Assembly (NCBI GenBank): GCA_902464645.1
Contig: CABQKL010000001.1
Location: 2,387-66,386 of the forward strand
Origin: an uncultured Collinsella sp.
GTDB lineage: Bacteria; Actinomycetota; Coriobacteriia; Coriobacteriales; Coriobacteriaceae
Length of the DNA: 64,000 nucleotides
Reading direction: 5' to 3'
Made by a program: the position numbers and the translations under genes. Position 1 is the first letter of the stretch, and each line of letters starts with the position of its first letter. The notes beneath the pieces were generated by a model. It was given only the letters and a program-made list of their open reading frames with translations. It made no database searches and was not told the DNA's origin. This document shows positions 28,102-37,484 of the stretch, one piece after another.

Positions 28102-29172
28102 CTATCGACAAACCAAATGGATCCTGCTGGCATCAAAATGCATGCGCAGCGTCTCGCCTGCTTGCGGTAGCTCGTCGACAGGCATGCCCACTTTGTTGAC
28201 CTTCCACTGCAGACGCGTGGGCGCATCGGCCCGCGGCGCATCCAACAGCACCAGGCGCTCAAAACGCGAATCGCTCACGCGCGCCACGTGCAGGTCGTAG
28301 CTGTTGCGACCCCGCTCGGCACGATTGTCAACATGGAAGTAGCTTGCGCGAATGCCCAGGTACACCACATTATCGGGAACCTCGCGGCCCACGTTAAAGG
28401 TCATGCCCCAATCGAGCGCCTCAACTTCTTCGTCGCCGATCTTGCGCGCCCGGCTTGTATTCTTGCAGCCCGTCAGGCGCAGCGCCGCCAGCGTCTGCGG
28501 GCGGCGGACCACGTCCTCAATGGAGCCGATCTCCTCAACATGCCCATCGTGCATCACGCAGATACGCTGGCACAGGCGGCACGCTTCGTCGATGTCGTGG
28601 CTCACGTAGAGCACGGTGCGGTTGCACACATCGAACAGGTCGAGCATGTTCTGCTCGAGTGCGCTCTTAAGATAGGAATCGAGCGCGCTCATGGGCTCGT
28701 CGAACATAAAAATGCCCGGATGCGCCGCCACCATACGGGCAAGCGCCACGCGCTGCTGCTGGCCGCCCGAGAGACGCGCGGGATAGCGGTCGGCGAAATC
28801 GGTCAGGCCAAAGATGCCCAGATAGCGTTCGGCGAGCTTTTTGCGCGCGGCGGCGTCGCCCGCGTCCTTTACACCGGCGCACACGTTATCGGCCACCGTC
28901 ATGTTGGGAAACAGCTGATAGTTTTGGAACAGCAGGGCACACTTGCGCTCCTGGGGCGACAGGTTGATGCCCGCCGCCGAGTCAAAAAAGGTCACGCCGT
29001 TGACAACGATCTTGCCCTCGTCGGGGGTCTCCACACCGGCAATGCAGCGCAGTGTACAGCTCTTGCCACAACCCGAGGCGCCCAGCAGCGCCACACGCTC
29101 CTCGCCGGCCTCAAGCTGCATGTCGAGGGTGAACCCCGGAAAGCGCTTTTTGATATCCAGGACAAGCGACAT
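28102..29172 (-). CDS. modC: Molybdate ABC transporter ATP-binding subunit
   Basis: Walker [20 protein letters not shown]; modAB context. Confidence 0.9.
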   Translation of the reverse strand: MSLVLDIKKRFPGFTLDMQLEAGEERVALLGASGCGKSCTLRCIAGVETPDEGKIVVNGVTFFDSAAGINLSPQERKCALLFQNYQLFPNMTVADNVCAGVKDAGDAAARKKLAERYLGIFGLTDFADRYPARLSGGQQQRVALARMVAAHPGIFMFDEPMSALDSYLKSALEQNMLDLFDVCNRTVLYVSHDIDEACRLCQRICVMHDGHVEEIGSIEDVVRRPQTLAALRLTGCKNTSRARKIGDEEVEALDWGMTFNVGREVPDNVVYLGIRASYFHVDNRAERGRNSYDLHVARVSDSRFERLVLLDAPRADAPTRLQWKVNKVGMPVDELPQAGETLRMHFDASRIHLVCR

Positions 29173-29175
29173 GGC

Positions 29176-30618
29176 CTATCGACCTCCCTTCGAGACGGCG
29201 TCATCGCGCATGAGCTCGGCCAGCGCCTCGCGATCGATACGCAGCGCATCGCCGCCGACTGGGTCGGGCGAATCGGCCTGGCCACCCAGCTGCTTGGTCT
29301 GCTTGCGCTCCGCACGGGAAAGGCCCCGCTCGCGATACTTTTGCGAATGAGCGGTGTACATATTGATGAACAGAATGACCAGGAAGCTGAACGCAATTAC
29401 GACCACGACCCAAAAGAGGGCTACCGACGTGTTGCCCCCCATCCACTCAAAGTAGATGGCGATGGGAATGGTCTGGGTAATGCCGGCATAGTTGCCCGCA
29501 AAGAACAGCGTGCAGCCAAACTCGCCCATCGCGCGGGCAAAGGCGAGCACCGTGCCCGCTGCGATTGAGGGCCAACCAAGGGGCATCATAAGCTTGGTAA
29601 AGATGCGACGCTCGGACCAGCCCAGCGTGCGCGCCGCATCGAGCATCTGCGTGTCGAGGCTCTCAAAGGCACCGAGCGCCGTACGGTAGACCAGGGGAAA
29701 CGACACCACCACGGCAGAGATCACCGCCGCCGGCCACGTAAAGACAATCGAGATACCGTGCGCGATAAGCCACCGGCCCACCCCAGTCGAGCGGCCAAAC
29801 AGCATGAGGAGCAAAAAGCCGCAGACCGTGGGCGGCAGCACCATAGGAATCGTAAAGACCGAATCGAGCAGGCCCTTGATGCGACTCGAGGTACCCATAG
29901 TCTTCCACGCGGCGAACAGGCCCAGCGCAAAGGAGATCAGCAGGGCAAGGCCGCACGTTTTAATGGACACCCAAAACGGGCGATAGTCGATGTCGCCCAA
30001 AAAGGAGGCCAGAGAGGTCAAGGGGCCCTGCTCATCCCGCAACACGACAGACGATGCTTCTACCATTTGAGCGCTATCAAGCCAACGCGCGCCGCTCTTG
30101 GCATCACCCGAGGCTGATGCGATCACCACATAGCGGTCCCCATCCGCACCTCGTTCGTCAAAGCCATAGGTATACCCGCCGGCATCAAACGTTGTTTCCG
30201 CCGTAACATACCAAGGAAGATCCACGTCCCCCAGCTGCGCACCTCCCATGCAGTTTGCGCTGTCGAGTTCACAGACGAGGGCTTTGAGACCCGATGCGCA
30301 CTCGTTGTCCTGCGGATCCAATCCAAACTTCTCGACCGCCTTGGGCGATATCCACACCACAACGCGATCGGCAGCAGGCGCCACCACAAGGTCCACGTCC
30401 TCGTCAACGGGAAACCGGTAGCCCTCAGGCTGGCCCTCCATGTCACGAGCGGTCCCCTTGGCCAACCGCTCAAAACCTTCGATCCCATAGGAAAGCCCAT
30501 GAGCGGTCGCAGCAACCTGGGCCCCGTCCTCGGCGTCCCCAGCAAACGCAAATCCCGGCACCCAGCAAAGCGCGAAGGTCAAAGCACAGGCGACAAGCAT
30601 GCGGAATCTATTAAGCAC
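29176..30618 (-). CDS. modB: Molybdate ABC transporter permease with a long N-terminal extracytoplasmic extension
   Basis: C-terminal PMVLPPTVCG, FPLVYR and ARAMGEFG core; about 210 extra N-terminal residues with a signal-like segment; start uncertain (GTG 30618 follows GGAG). Confidence 0.85.
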   Translation of the reverse strand: MLNRFRMLVACALTFALCWVPGFAFAGDAEDGAQVAATAHGLSYGIEGFERLAKGTARDMEGQPEGYRFPVDEDVDLVVAPAADRVVVWISPKAVEKFGLDPQDNECASGLKALVCELDSANCMGGAQLGDVDLPWYVTAETTFDAGGYTYGFDERGADGDRYVVIASASGDAKSGARWLDSAQMVEASSVVLRDEQGPLTSLASFLGDIDYRPFWVSIKTCGLALLISFALGLFAAWKTMGTSSRIKGLLDSVFTIPMVLPPTVCGFLLLMLFGRSTGVGRWLIAHGISIVFTWPAAVISAVVVSFPLVYRTALGAFESLDTQMLDAARTLGWSERRIFTKLMMPLGWPSIAAGTVLAFARAMGEFGCTLFFAGNYAGITQTIPIAIYFEWMGGNTSVALFWVVVVIAFSFLVILFINMYTAHSQKYRERGLSRAERKQTKQLGGQADSPDPVGGDALRIDREALAELMRDDAVSKGGR

Positions 30619-30686
30619 GAAAAGCTCCAAGCGAATACAAGGACGGAGTTAAACACAAAACGATGGAATTATCGCGCCAAGCCGCA

Positions 30687-31559
30687 CTACGCGGAAAGCT
30701 CAAAGCCGTACTTAGCCCAAATCTTCTGAGCCTTCTTGCTGGTCAAACAGAAGTCGATGAACGCCTTAGCCTCGTCGGCGTGCTCGGAGCTCTCGGCAAC
30801 GGCACCCGGGTACACGATGGGCTTGTGCGAATCCTCGGGGCACACGAAGGCCTCCTCAATGCCGTCGTAGCGAAAGATGTCAGAGCTGTAGACAAAACCG
30901 GCCACGCAGTCGCCTGTGGACACATAGGCGGCGGCGGTGCCCACCTTATCGGCCAGGGCAACCTTATCGGCGATCTCGGGCGCATACTCGCCGTCGTCGC
31001 CCTCGGTGCCGGTGTAGAGGCCCACGGAGGCCAGGGCCTGGTTGGCGTACTTGCCGGCGGGGACGGTCTTGGCGTCGCCAATGGCGATCTTGCCGTCCAG
31101 ATTCGCGACGTCGTCGATGACCTCGACCTTGGTGTCGGAGCCCTCGGCGCGAATGATCACAAGGTCGTTGACGAACACATCCTCACGGGTGTCGGCATCG
31201 ACGAGTCCGGCGGCCTCGGCGTCGTCCATGGTGCCCTTGGAGGCCGTGATGAGTACGTCAACCGTGGCACCGGCACGCATCTGCTCGACAAGGTCGCCGG
31301 AGGCCTTAAACTGCGTGTCGGCAAACGTGGTACCGGTCTGGTCGGTGTAGAGCTCCTGGACCTCGGGAAGGGCCTTCTCGAGCGAATTGGCAGCAAAGAT
31401 CTGCAGCTCAACAGCCTTCTTGGAAGATGCCTTAGCAGAACCGGCATCGGAACCAGCGGGCTCGGACGTCTTTTTGCCCGAGCAGCCAGCAAGGCCAAAG
31501 CCGGCGACAGCGGCAGCAGAAAGCGAGACAAAACCGCGGCGTGAAACCATATCGAACAT
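30687..31559 (-). CDS. modA: Molybdate ABC transporter substrate-binding lipoprotein (Tat signal + lipobox)
   Basis: SRRGFV Tat motif, LAGC lipobox, FAANSL, ASGDL, VPAGKYA, VYSSD and PIVYP motifs. Confidence 0.92.
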   Translation of the reverse strand: MFDMVSRRGFVSLSAAAVAGFGLAGCSGKKTSEPAGSDAGSAKASSKKAVELQIFAANSLEKALPEVQELYTDQTGTTFADTQFKASGDLVEQMRAGATVDVLITASKGTMDDAEAAGLVDADTREDVFVNDLVIIRAEGSDTKVEVIDDVANLDGKIAIGDAKTVPAGKYANQALASVGLYTGTEGDDGEYAPEIADKVALADKVGTAAAYVSTGDCVAGFVYSSDIFRYDGIEEAFVCPEDSHKPIVYPGAVAESSEHADEAKAFIDFCLTSKKAQKIWAKYGFELSA

Positions 31560-31763
31560 ATTCAACCCTTTCGGACCTTGTGCCCGGGTACCCCACCGCA
31601 GGCTTTATTCTGTAATAAGATTATACTTCGGTGCGAATAATGTTTATGATAAATATCTCTCGCCTGATAATTTTCTTTTACCGAAAACACGAGACGTCCC
31701 ACACTGCCGCTGCATAAAAAGGGCAGAGCGACTCGCAAGGTCGCTCCGCCGCAGGTAAACCGC

Positions 31764-32243
31764 TTATTTGGCGTGCCCGCCGCCCGCCGTCATTTGGGCC
31801 GCATGCTCCAGCTGGTCGCTCACGGCCTCCCAGCTTTCGCGGGCTGCTTTCGTAGATCCCGGAAAGTTGATGACAAGTGTATACCCACGCTGCATGCACA
31901 CGGCGCGCGAGAGCATAGCGCGGCGTGTCTTGGTCATGGAATACGCACGGATTGCCTCTGCAATACCCGGCACATCGCGGTCGCAGACGGCACGCGTCGC
32001 CTCGGGCGTCACATCGCGCATCGAAAGCCCCGTACCGCCGCAAGTGAGTACGACATTGGCGTGACACTCATCAGCAGCTTCCACAATGGCATCACCAATC
32101 TCGCTGGCGTCGTCGCGCACGACCACATGTGAGGCGACCGTCCAGCCCTGCGCCTCGATAAGCTCCTCGAGCGCAGCACCCGCCTCGTCCTGAGCAAGAT
32201 CGCGCGTATCCGAGCACGTCACAATCGAAATCTTCAGCTCCAT
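31764..32243 (-). CDS. mogA: Molybdopterin adenylyltransferase MogA/MoaB family
   Basis: TCSD, GGTGLSMRDVTPEAT, SRA and NFPGS motifs. Confidence 0.9.
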   Translation of the reverse strand: MELKISIVTCSDTRDLAQDEAGAALEELIEAQGWTVASHVVVRDDASEIGDAIVEAADECHANVVLTCGGTGLSMRDVTPEATRAVCDRDVPGIAEAIRAYSMTKTRRAMLSRAVCMQRGYTLVINFPGSTKAARESWEAVSDQLEHAAQMTAGGGHAK

Positions 32244-32253
32244 AGCATTCCTC

Positions 32254-33516
32254 CTACAACACGGCGCCCTCGGGCAGGTCGACGCGAACAACGTCCACGA
32301 CATCTCCCGCCCTGAGCTCGCACGGTCCTTCGTCAATACACAGCAGGCAGTTCGCACGCTGCATAGTTCCAAGCAGCGCCGAATTCTGCGTCTTAGCCTC
32401 GGTCACCAACAGCTCACCGGTCTCGGGGTCGCACAAAACCGTGGCGCGATCGAAGAAGCGGCGATGCTGGCGCTTCTTCACGCTATGCGTAAGCGTCGCC
32501 CGCTGCACGGGACGCGCACCCTCGGCAAAGCCGCGCATCTTGCGAATCGCCGGACGGGCAAGCATCTCAAAGCCCACATACGCCGCCGCGGGATTGCCCG
32601 AAAGCCCCAAATACGGCTTGCCGCCGAGCAAACCAAACGTAATGGCCTTGCCCGGGCGCATCGAGATGCGATCGAACAGCACCTCGCCCTCGCGCTGGAC
32701 CAGCGCCGTCACATAGTCGTAATCGCCCGCCGAGGCGCCTCCGCTCGTAATGACAAAATCGCACTCTTGCACCGCGCGATGCACGAGCTCGGCAATCGCC
32801 TGCTCATCATCAGGCGCAATGCCGTAGAACACGGGCTCGGCTCCTGCATCGAGTGCTTCGGCCATCAACGCGGACGAGTTGGAATCGCGAATCTGACCGC
32901 GCGCCGGTACTTTACTCGGTGCGACCAGTTCCGTGCCCAGCGAGATGATGCCCACACGTGGGGCAGCGTGCACCTTCACGCTCGCGTAACCGGCGCTTGC
33001 CAGCAGGCCGGCGCCGGCCGGAGCCACAACCTCGCCGGCGCGCATCACAACATCGCCGGCATGGGCCTCCTCGGCAGCAGAGCGAACGTTCTCCCCCACC
33101 TTGGCCGGCGCCGAGAAGCTCGCGTGTGAGCCCTCGTTGCCGTCACCATCGAGCACCTCGACGATCTCGTATTTCACTACGGCGTCGGCACCCTCGGGCA
33201 CCGGCGCGCCTGTCATAATGCGGACGGTCTCGCCCGGGGCGATTGCGCCCTCAAACACATGGCCCGCGGCCTCGTATCCGATAACGTCGAGCGTCACCGG
33301 CGCCTCGCCAGACGCCTGCACCAAGTCCGCCGAGCGCACGGCATATCCGTCCATAGCGCTGTTGGCAAACGGCGAGATGTCGATATCGGCCACCGCGTCC
33401 TCGGCCAAGGGAAGACCGGCGGCCTGCCACACGGGAATCTCGACGAGATCGGTCGGAGCAACGTGCGACAAAACAATCGACTGCGCGTCCTCCAGCGGAA
33501 TGAGTTTCTCTGCCAT
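32254..33516 (-). CDS. moeA: Molybdopterin molybdotransferase
   Basis: SAMDGYAV, RIMTGAPVPEGADAV, SGGASAGDYD and RPGK motifs. Confidence 0.95.
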   Translation of the reverse strand: MAEKLIPLEDAQSIVLSHVAPTDLVEIPVWQAAGLPLAEDAVADIDISPFANSAMDGYAVRSADLVQASGEAPVTLDVIGYEAAGHVFEGAIAPGETVRIMTGAPVPEGADAVVKYEIVEVLDGDGNEGSHASFSAPAKVGENVRSAAEEAHAGDVVMRAGEVVAPAGAGLLASAGYASVKVHAAPRVGIISLGTELVAPSKVPARGQIRDSNSSALMAEALDAGAEPVFYGIAPDDEQAIAELVHRAVQECDFVITSGGASAGDYDYVTALVQREGEVLFDRISMRPGKAITFGLLGGKPYLGLSGNPAAAYVGFEMLARPAIRKMRGFAEGARPVQRATLTHSVKKRQHRRFFDRATVLCDPETGELLVTEAKTQNSALLGTMQRANCLLCIDEGPCELRAGDVVDVVRVDLPEGAVL

Positions 33517-33726
33517 ATGCACCTCTTAATGCCACGGCGCACAACAGGGGCGCCGATTCTTTATGCTTTTCTCAGTATAATCCCCCGACGCACGACCGCG
33601 ACTCGGCCTGCACCCGCAAATACACCTGTCGGTTGCAGGCCGCGAAACAGAATGGAAACCAACCCACCGGCTCGTCGCGTTTACCACGTTTTATAATGCT
33701 TGCGTTGCAACCTAAAAGAGGAACGT

Positions 33727-35148
33727 ATGGCTCATAACGACAAACCCGAAAGCGCAAACGAAGCGCAGGATCATCCCCAGCCGCTCGACGATGGCGGTTT
33801 TTTCTCCCTGAACGACGTCATCATGGCAGGCAGGCATCAGCTCACCCGCTCCGAGCATCTCTTGGCTGTCGACACGCGCCGCAACGTCCGCAACCTATTC
33901 GCGAGCGCCAAGTTGCTCATACTTGTCGTCATCGTCTCTCTCGCCATGGGCGTTGCCGCTTGGGCGTTTTTGGCCTCGCTGAATATCGCGACCGATTATC
34001 GTGAGCACCATGCGTGGATTTACGCGCTGCTTCCCGTTGTGGGCGTTGCCACCACATGGGTGTACAAAAACCACGGTCTCGCCGCCAAGCGTGGCAACAA
34101 CCTGGTCATTGACTCCGCCCTGGGCACACGCCTCATCCATATGCGCATGGCCGTCCTCACCTTCGTCTGCTCCACGCTCACGCACCTAACGGGCGGGTCG
34201 GCCGGTCGCGAGGGAGCCGCGGTGCAGATTGGCGGCACTATCGCCAGCAACATCTCGAGCCTCGCCCACCTCGAAAAGCATGACCACCACGACCTCATGC
34301 TCGCCGGCATCTCGTCGGCCTTTGGCGCCGTATTCGGTTCGCCCCTTGCCGGAGCTTTCTTTGGCATGGAGATGTGCTTTATCGGCAAGATCGACTACAC
34401 CGCGGGCATCTACTGCCTGGTCGCCTCGTTTACCGGCTACTTTACGTCGCTTGCCTTGGGAACCGAGTACGAGGCGAATGTCATCACCAGCGTTCCCAAC
34501 ATGACACCACGGACGGTTGTCATCGTTGTTATCAGCGCCATTATCTTCGGTTTGACGGCACGCCTCTTTGCCTGGTCGGTTCGAACCGTCAAGAGCCTGT
34601 ACGGTCGCTTTATCACCAACTACCTTACTCGCGCACTCGTGGGCGCGCTCGTGGTTTTGGCCGCCTATGCCCTTCTCGACGCCTGGGACTATGCCGGCCT
34701 TGCCACCTGGCTCTCGGGCGCCGGGTTCGCCGGTACCACGACCCTTGCCGACGCAGTCATCAAGCTCGTGGTGACGGCGCTCACTCTGGGCGCCGGCTTC
34801 CAAGGCGGCGAGGTCACACCCCTGTTTGGCATCGGTGCGGCGCTCGGCGGCTGGATCGGTTGCCTCGTCGGAATCGACCCCAGCTTTCTGGCGGCTCTCG
34901 GCATGCTCGGCGTGTTCTGCGCCGGCCTCAACGTGCCCATCACCACCTGCATGATGGCCATCGACCTGTTCCACGGCACGGCAGCCGGCTTCTTCGTGAT
35001 CGTGGCGTTTATCAGCTATCTCGTCGGCGGCCACCGCGGCGTATATCCCGCGCAGCGCATTGTCTCGCCTAAACGCCGTTCGCTTATTGTGGATGAAGGC
35101 GGTACGGTAGCGGATGCTATCGAGCGCCACAACGACCTGATAGAGTAG
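33727..35148 (+). CDS. CLC-family anion transporter, CLC-F (fluoride exporter)-like
   Basis: GNNLV, GGSAGREGAAVQ and GGEVTPLF signatures. Confidence 0.85.
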   Translation: MAHNDKPESANEAQDHPQPLDDGGFFSLNDVIMAGRHQLTRSEHLLAVDTRRNVRNLFASAKLLILVVIVSLAMGVAAWAFLASLNIATDYREHHAWIYALLPVVGVATTWVYKNHGLAAKRGNNLVIDSALGTRLIHMRMAVLTFVCSTLTHLTGGSAGREGAAVQIGGTIASNISSLAHLEKHDHHDLMLAGISSAFGAVFGSPLAGAFFGMEMCFIGKIDYTAGIYCLVASFTGYFTSLALGTEYEANVITSVPNMTPRTVVIVVISAIIFGLTARLFAWSVRTVKSLYGRFITNYLTRALVGALVVLAAYALLDAWDYAGLATWLSGAGFAGTTTLADAVIKLVVTALTLGAGFQGGEVTPLFGIGAALGGWIGCLVGIDPSFLAALGMLGVFCAGLNVPITTCMMAIDLFHGTAAGFFVIVAFISYLVGGHRGVYPAQRIVSPKRRSLIVDEGGTVADAIERHNDLIE

Positions 35149-35235
35149 ACGTTAGCATTCGCCGTGCAGCCACAATCGGGGGCAATTCGACCTGAGCGCG
35201 ACCGCACCGTCACGTCATACGCCAGGAGTCGCCCC

Positions 35236-36198
35236 ATGCACGCAACTAATTTTGGTCGCACGCTCATCATCGCCAACCCAGCCGCCCAGTCGGGCGCCGC
35301 GCGCGAAGTTGCCGAGCGCCTGCAGCGCTTTTTGGACATGACTGCACGCGCATCCCAGTTTGACCTGGTGCTGACCGAGCGCAAGGGGCATGCCAAGGAG
35401 CTGGCTGCCCAGGCAACGGGCTATCGAACCGTTATCGCACTTGGCGGTGACGGCGTGATCCACGAGGTCGTTAACGGGCTTATGACTCAAGAGGAGGACG
35501 CCCGCCCCGCTCTTGCAATCCTACCCGTGGGCTCCGGCAACGATTTTGCCCAAACGCTCGGCATCGACGATTTCTCCGGCAAGGATTTTGGCGCGCTGCT
35601 CACCTGCGAGCTGCAGCATCAGGACATCGGGCGCATTCGCTCATGGAACCCCGCAAACGGTAGCGGTGAGGCTTCCGTTGAGTACTACGACCAGACGCTT
35701 TCGGTCGGCATCGATGCCGCCATCGGCCTGGGCACCACCGAGCTGCGTAAAAAGACGGGCCTCGCCGGCGCTCCGCTCTACACCCTCTCGGGTCTGGAAC
35801 AGTTTGGTCTGCGCTACCGCAACTATCCCATGACAGTCAGCTTTGACGGCGCGCCCGCCGAGCGCGTGAGGGCGATTATCATGGCGATTCAGCTGGGCCC
35901 CACCTATGGCTCGGGCTATCGCATCTGTCCCGATGCCGATCCCTGTGACGGCATGCTCGACGTCTGCTACGCCTGCGGTCCCGTCCCCCGTGCGGTCGCC
36001 CTACCCATGTTCCTTTCGGCCAAGGACGGCCACCATACCAAATTGCCGCCGGTTCGTATGCGCCACTGCCGCCATGCCGAGCTCACGTTCGAGGAGCCCG
36101 ACTACCCCATCCAGGCCGACGGCGAGCCCGTTGTCGCCTCGCGCATCGAGGTGGACATCCTCGCCGGCGCCCTCCACGTCTGGCACCCCACCCGCTAG
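35236..36198 (+). CDS. Diacylglycerol/lipid kinase family protein (YegS/DAGK)
   Basis: IANPAA, GGDGVIHEVVNG, PVGSGNDFA and QADGE motifs. Confidence 0.9.
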   Translation: MHATNFGRTLIIANPAAQSGAAREVAERLQRFLDMTARASQFDLVLTERKGHAKELAAQATGYRTVIALGGDGVIHEVVNGLMTQEEDARPALAILPVGSGNDFAQTLGIDDFSGKDFGALLTCELQHQDIGRIRSWNPANGSGEASVEYYDQTLSVGIDAAIGLGTTELRKKTGLAGAPLYTLSGLEQFGLRYRNYPMTVSFDGAPAERVRAIIMAIQLGPTYGSGYRICPDADPCDGMLDVCYACGPVPRAVALPMFLSAKDGHHTKLPPVRMRHCRHAELTFEEPDYPIQADGEPVVASRIEVDILAGALHVWHPTR

Positions 36199-36276
36199 CC
36201 CCACCTAAGTTGCGGTGAAATAGGGACTGTTTATGCAGCTAAAGCCGCAAAACAGTCCCTATTTCACCGCAACTTA
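36199..36276. repeat. REP-like palindrome, family A, copy 3
   Basis: CCCCACC then perfect 27-bp inverted repeat TAAGTTGCGGTGAAATAGGGACTGTTT (36206-36232) / 36250-36276; lies between convergent stop codons. Confidence 0.95.
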
Positions 36277-36284
36277 TGAGGAGG

Positions 36285-36665
36285 CTATTCGTCGCTACGC
36301 GGCTTGCAACGGTTGGCCTTTTTAATGGCGTTGAAGTGCTTGTCATTAAGCCTGCGCTGGCGAGAGCGCTGAGGCACCTTGGTCTTTACGCGTCGGCGCG
36401 GTGGACGCCCGCGACGCTCAAGCTCTGCCCTCAGCTTACGCAGACAGCAGCTACGGTTCTGGAACTGACTGCGGCTCTCGCGCGCCGTCACGACAATCCC
36501 CGTGGGCCCATGCTTCATGCGCACCGCTGAATCCGTCGTGTTCACGCCCTGTCCACCCGGACCCGTCGCGCGAAACACCTGTACCTCGCAATCGCGCGCC
36601 AACTCCTCGGCCGACATCTCGGCATAGTGCGCATACTCACGCCATCCCATCTTGTTCTCATCCAT
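36285..36665 (-). CDS. arfB: Ribosome rescue peptidyl-tRNA hydrolase (RF-1 GGQ domain, ArfB-like)
   Basis: [26 protein letters not shown] and a basic C-terminal tail. Confidence 0.85.
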   Translation of the reverse strand: MDENKMGWREYAHYAEMSAEELARDCEVQVFRATGPGGQGVNTTDSAVRMKHGPTGIVVTARESRSQFQNRSCCLRKLRAELERRGRPPRRRVKTKVPQRSRQRRLNDKHFNAIKKANRCKPRSDE

Positions 36666-36690
36666 ATCAACACCTCCCCTCATACAAAAA

Positions 36691-36721
36691 ATGTGACAAA
36701 GGGACAGTCCCTTTGTCACAT
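36691..36721. repeat. Perfect palindrome ATGTGACAAAGGGAC-A-GTCCCTTTGTCACAT
   Basis: 15-bp arms with a 1-nt centre; lies between xpt and arfB and may also terminate xpt. Confidence 0.85.
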
Positions 36722-36748
36722 CGCATACCAATCGCTTGTGTTGCGCGC

Positions 36749-37327
36749 TTAGGCGAAGGTGATCTCGCCGGTCTCGCAGTCCATATCGGCGATACGGGCC
36801 AGGCTCTCGACGCGGAAGCCGCGCTCGCGGAGCTTATCGCCACCGCCCTGGAAGCCCTTCTCCACCGCAATGCCAATGCCGGACACCTCGGCACCCGCAG
36901 CCTCGCAGATCTTGATTAGGCCCTCGAGCGCGCAGCCGTTGGCCAGGAAGTCGTCGATAATCAGGACCTTGTCGCCCTCGGACAGGAAGCGCTTGCCAAC
37001 GATGACCGGGTACTCCTTCTGCTTGGTAAAGGAGTAGATGGTCGTGGCATACTGCTCGCCGTCGAGGTTGATGGACTGCGCCTTCTTGGCAAAGACAACC
37101 GGCACGCCGCCAAAATGCTGGGCCGCGATGCAAGCCATGCCAATGCCCGAAGCCTCGATCGTCAGGATCTTGTTGATCTCGACGCCCTCGAACAGATGGG
37201 CCCACTCGGCGCCCATGTGGTCGAACAACTCAACGTCGCACTGGTGGTTGAGGAAGGCATCAACCTTAAGGACGTTACCGGCCTTTACGATGCCGTCATG
37301 GCGAATACGATCCTCAAGCTCCTGCAT
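36749..37327 (-). CDS. xpt: Xanthine phosphoribosyltransferase
   Basis: [30 protein letters not shown] and EKGFQGG motifs. Confidence 0.95.
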   Translation of the reverse strand: MQELEDRIRHDGIVKAGNVLKVDAFLNHQCDVELFDHMGAEWAHLFEGVEINKILTIEASGIGMACIAAQHFGGVPVVFAKKAQSINLDGEQYATTIYSFTKQKEYPVIVGKRFLSEGDKVLIIDDFLANGCALEGLIKICEAAGAEVSGIGIAVEKGFQGGGDKLRERGFRVESLARIADMDCETGEITFA

Positions 37328-37484
37328 GGCGCAACCCCTTCTCGCGGCAACGATACCGCGCGATTAATAAACGTTGTTCGATAGTCTACCACGGACCGAC
37401 CCCCGCCCGCCCCACAAGCCGCATCGCACCACAAACCAGTCTTTTTGGGACAACGCAAATCGTGGCAGACGGCCTCCCAACACG

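Noticed and set aside
31560..31680. Moco riboswitch upstream of modA
   Set aside because: The leader after TATAAT is only about 60 nt and lacks the motif's conserved elements.
37328..37480. Purine riboswitch upstream of xpt
   Set aside because: No TATAAT...GATATGG...GTTTCTACC-type aptamer core.
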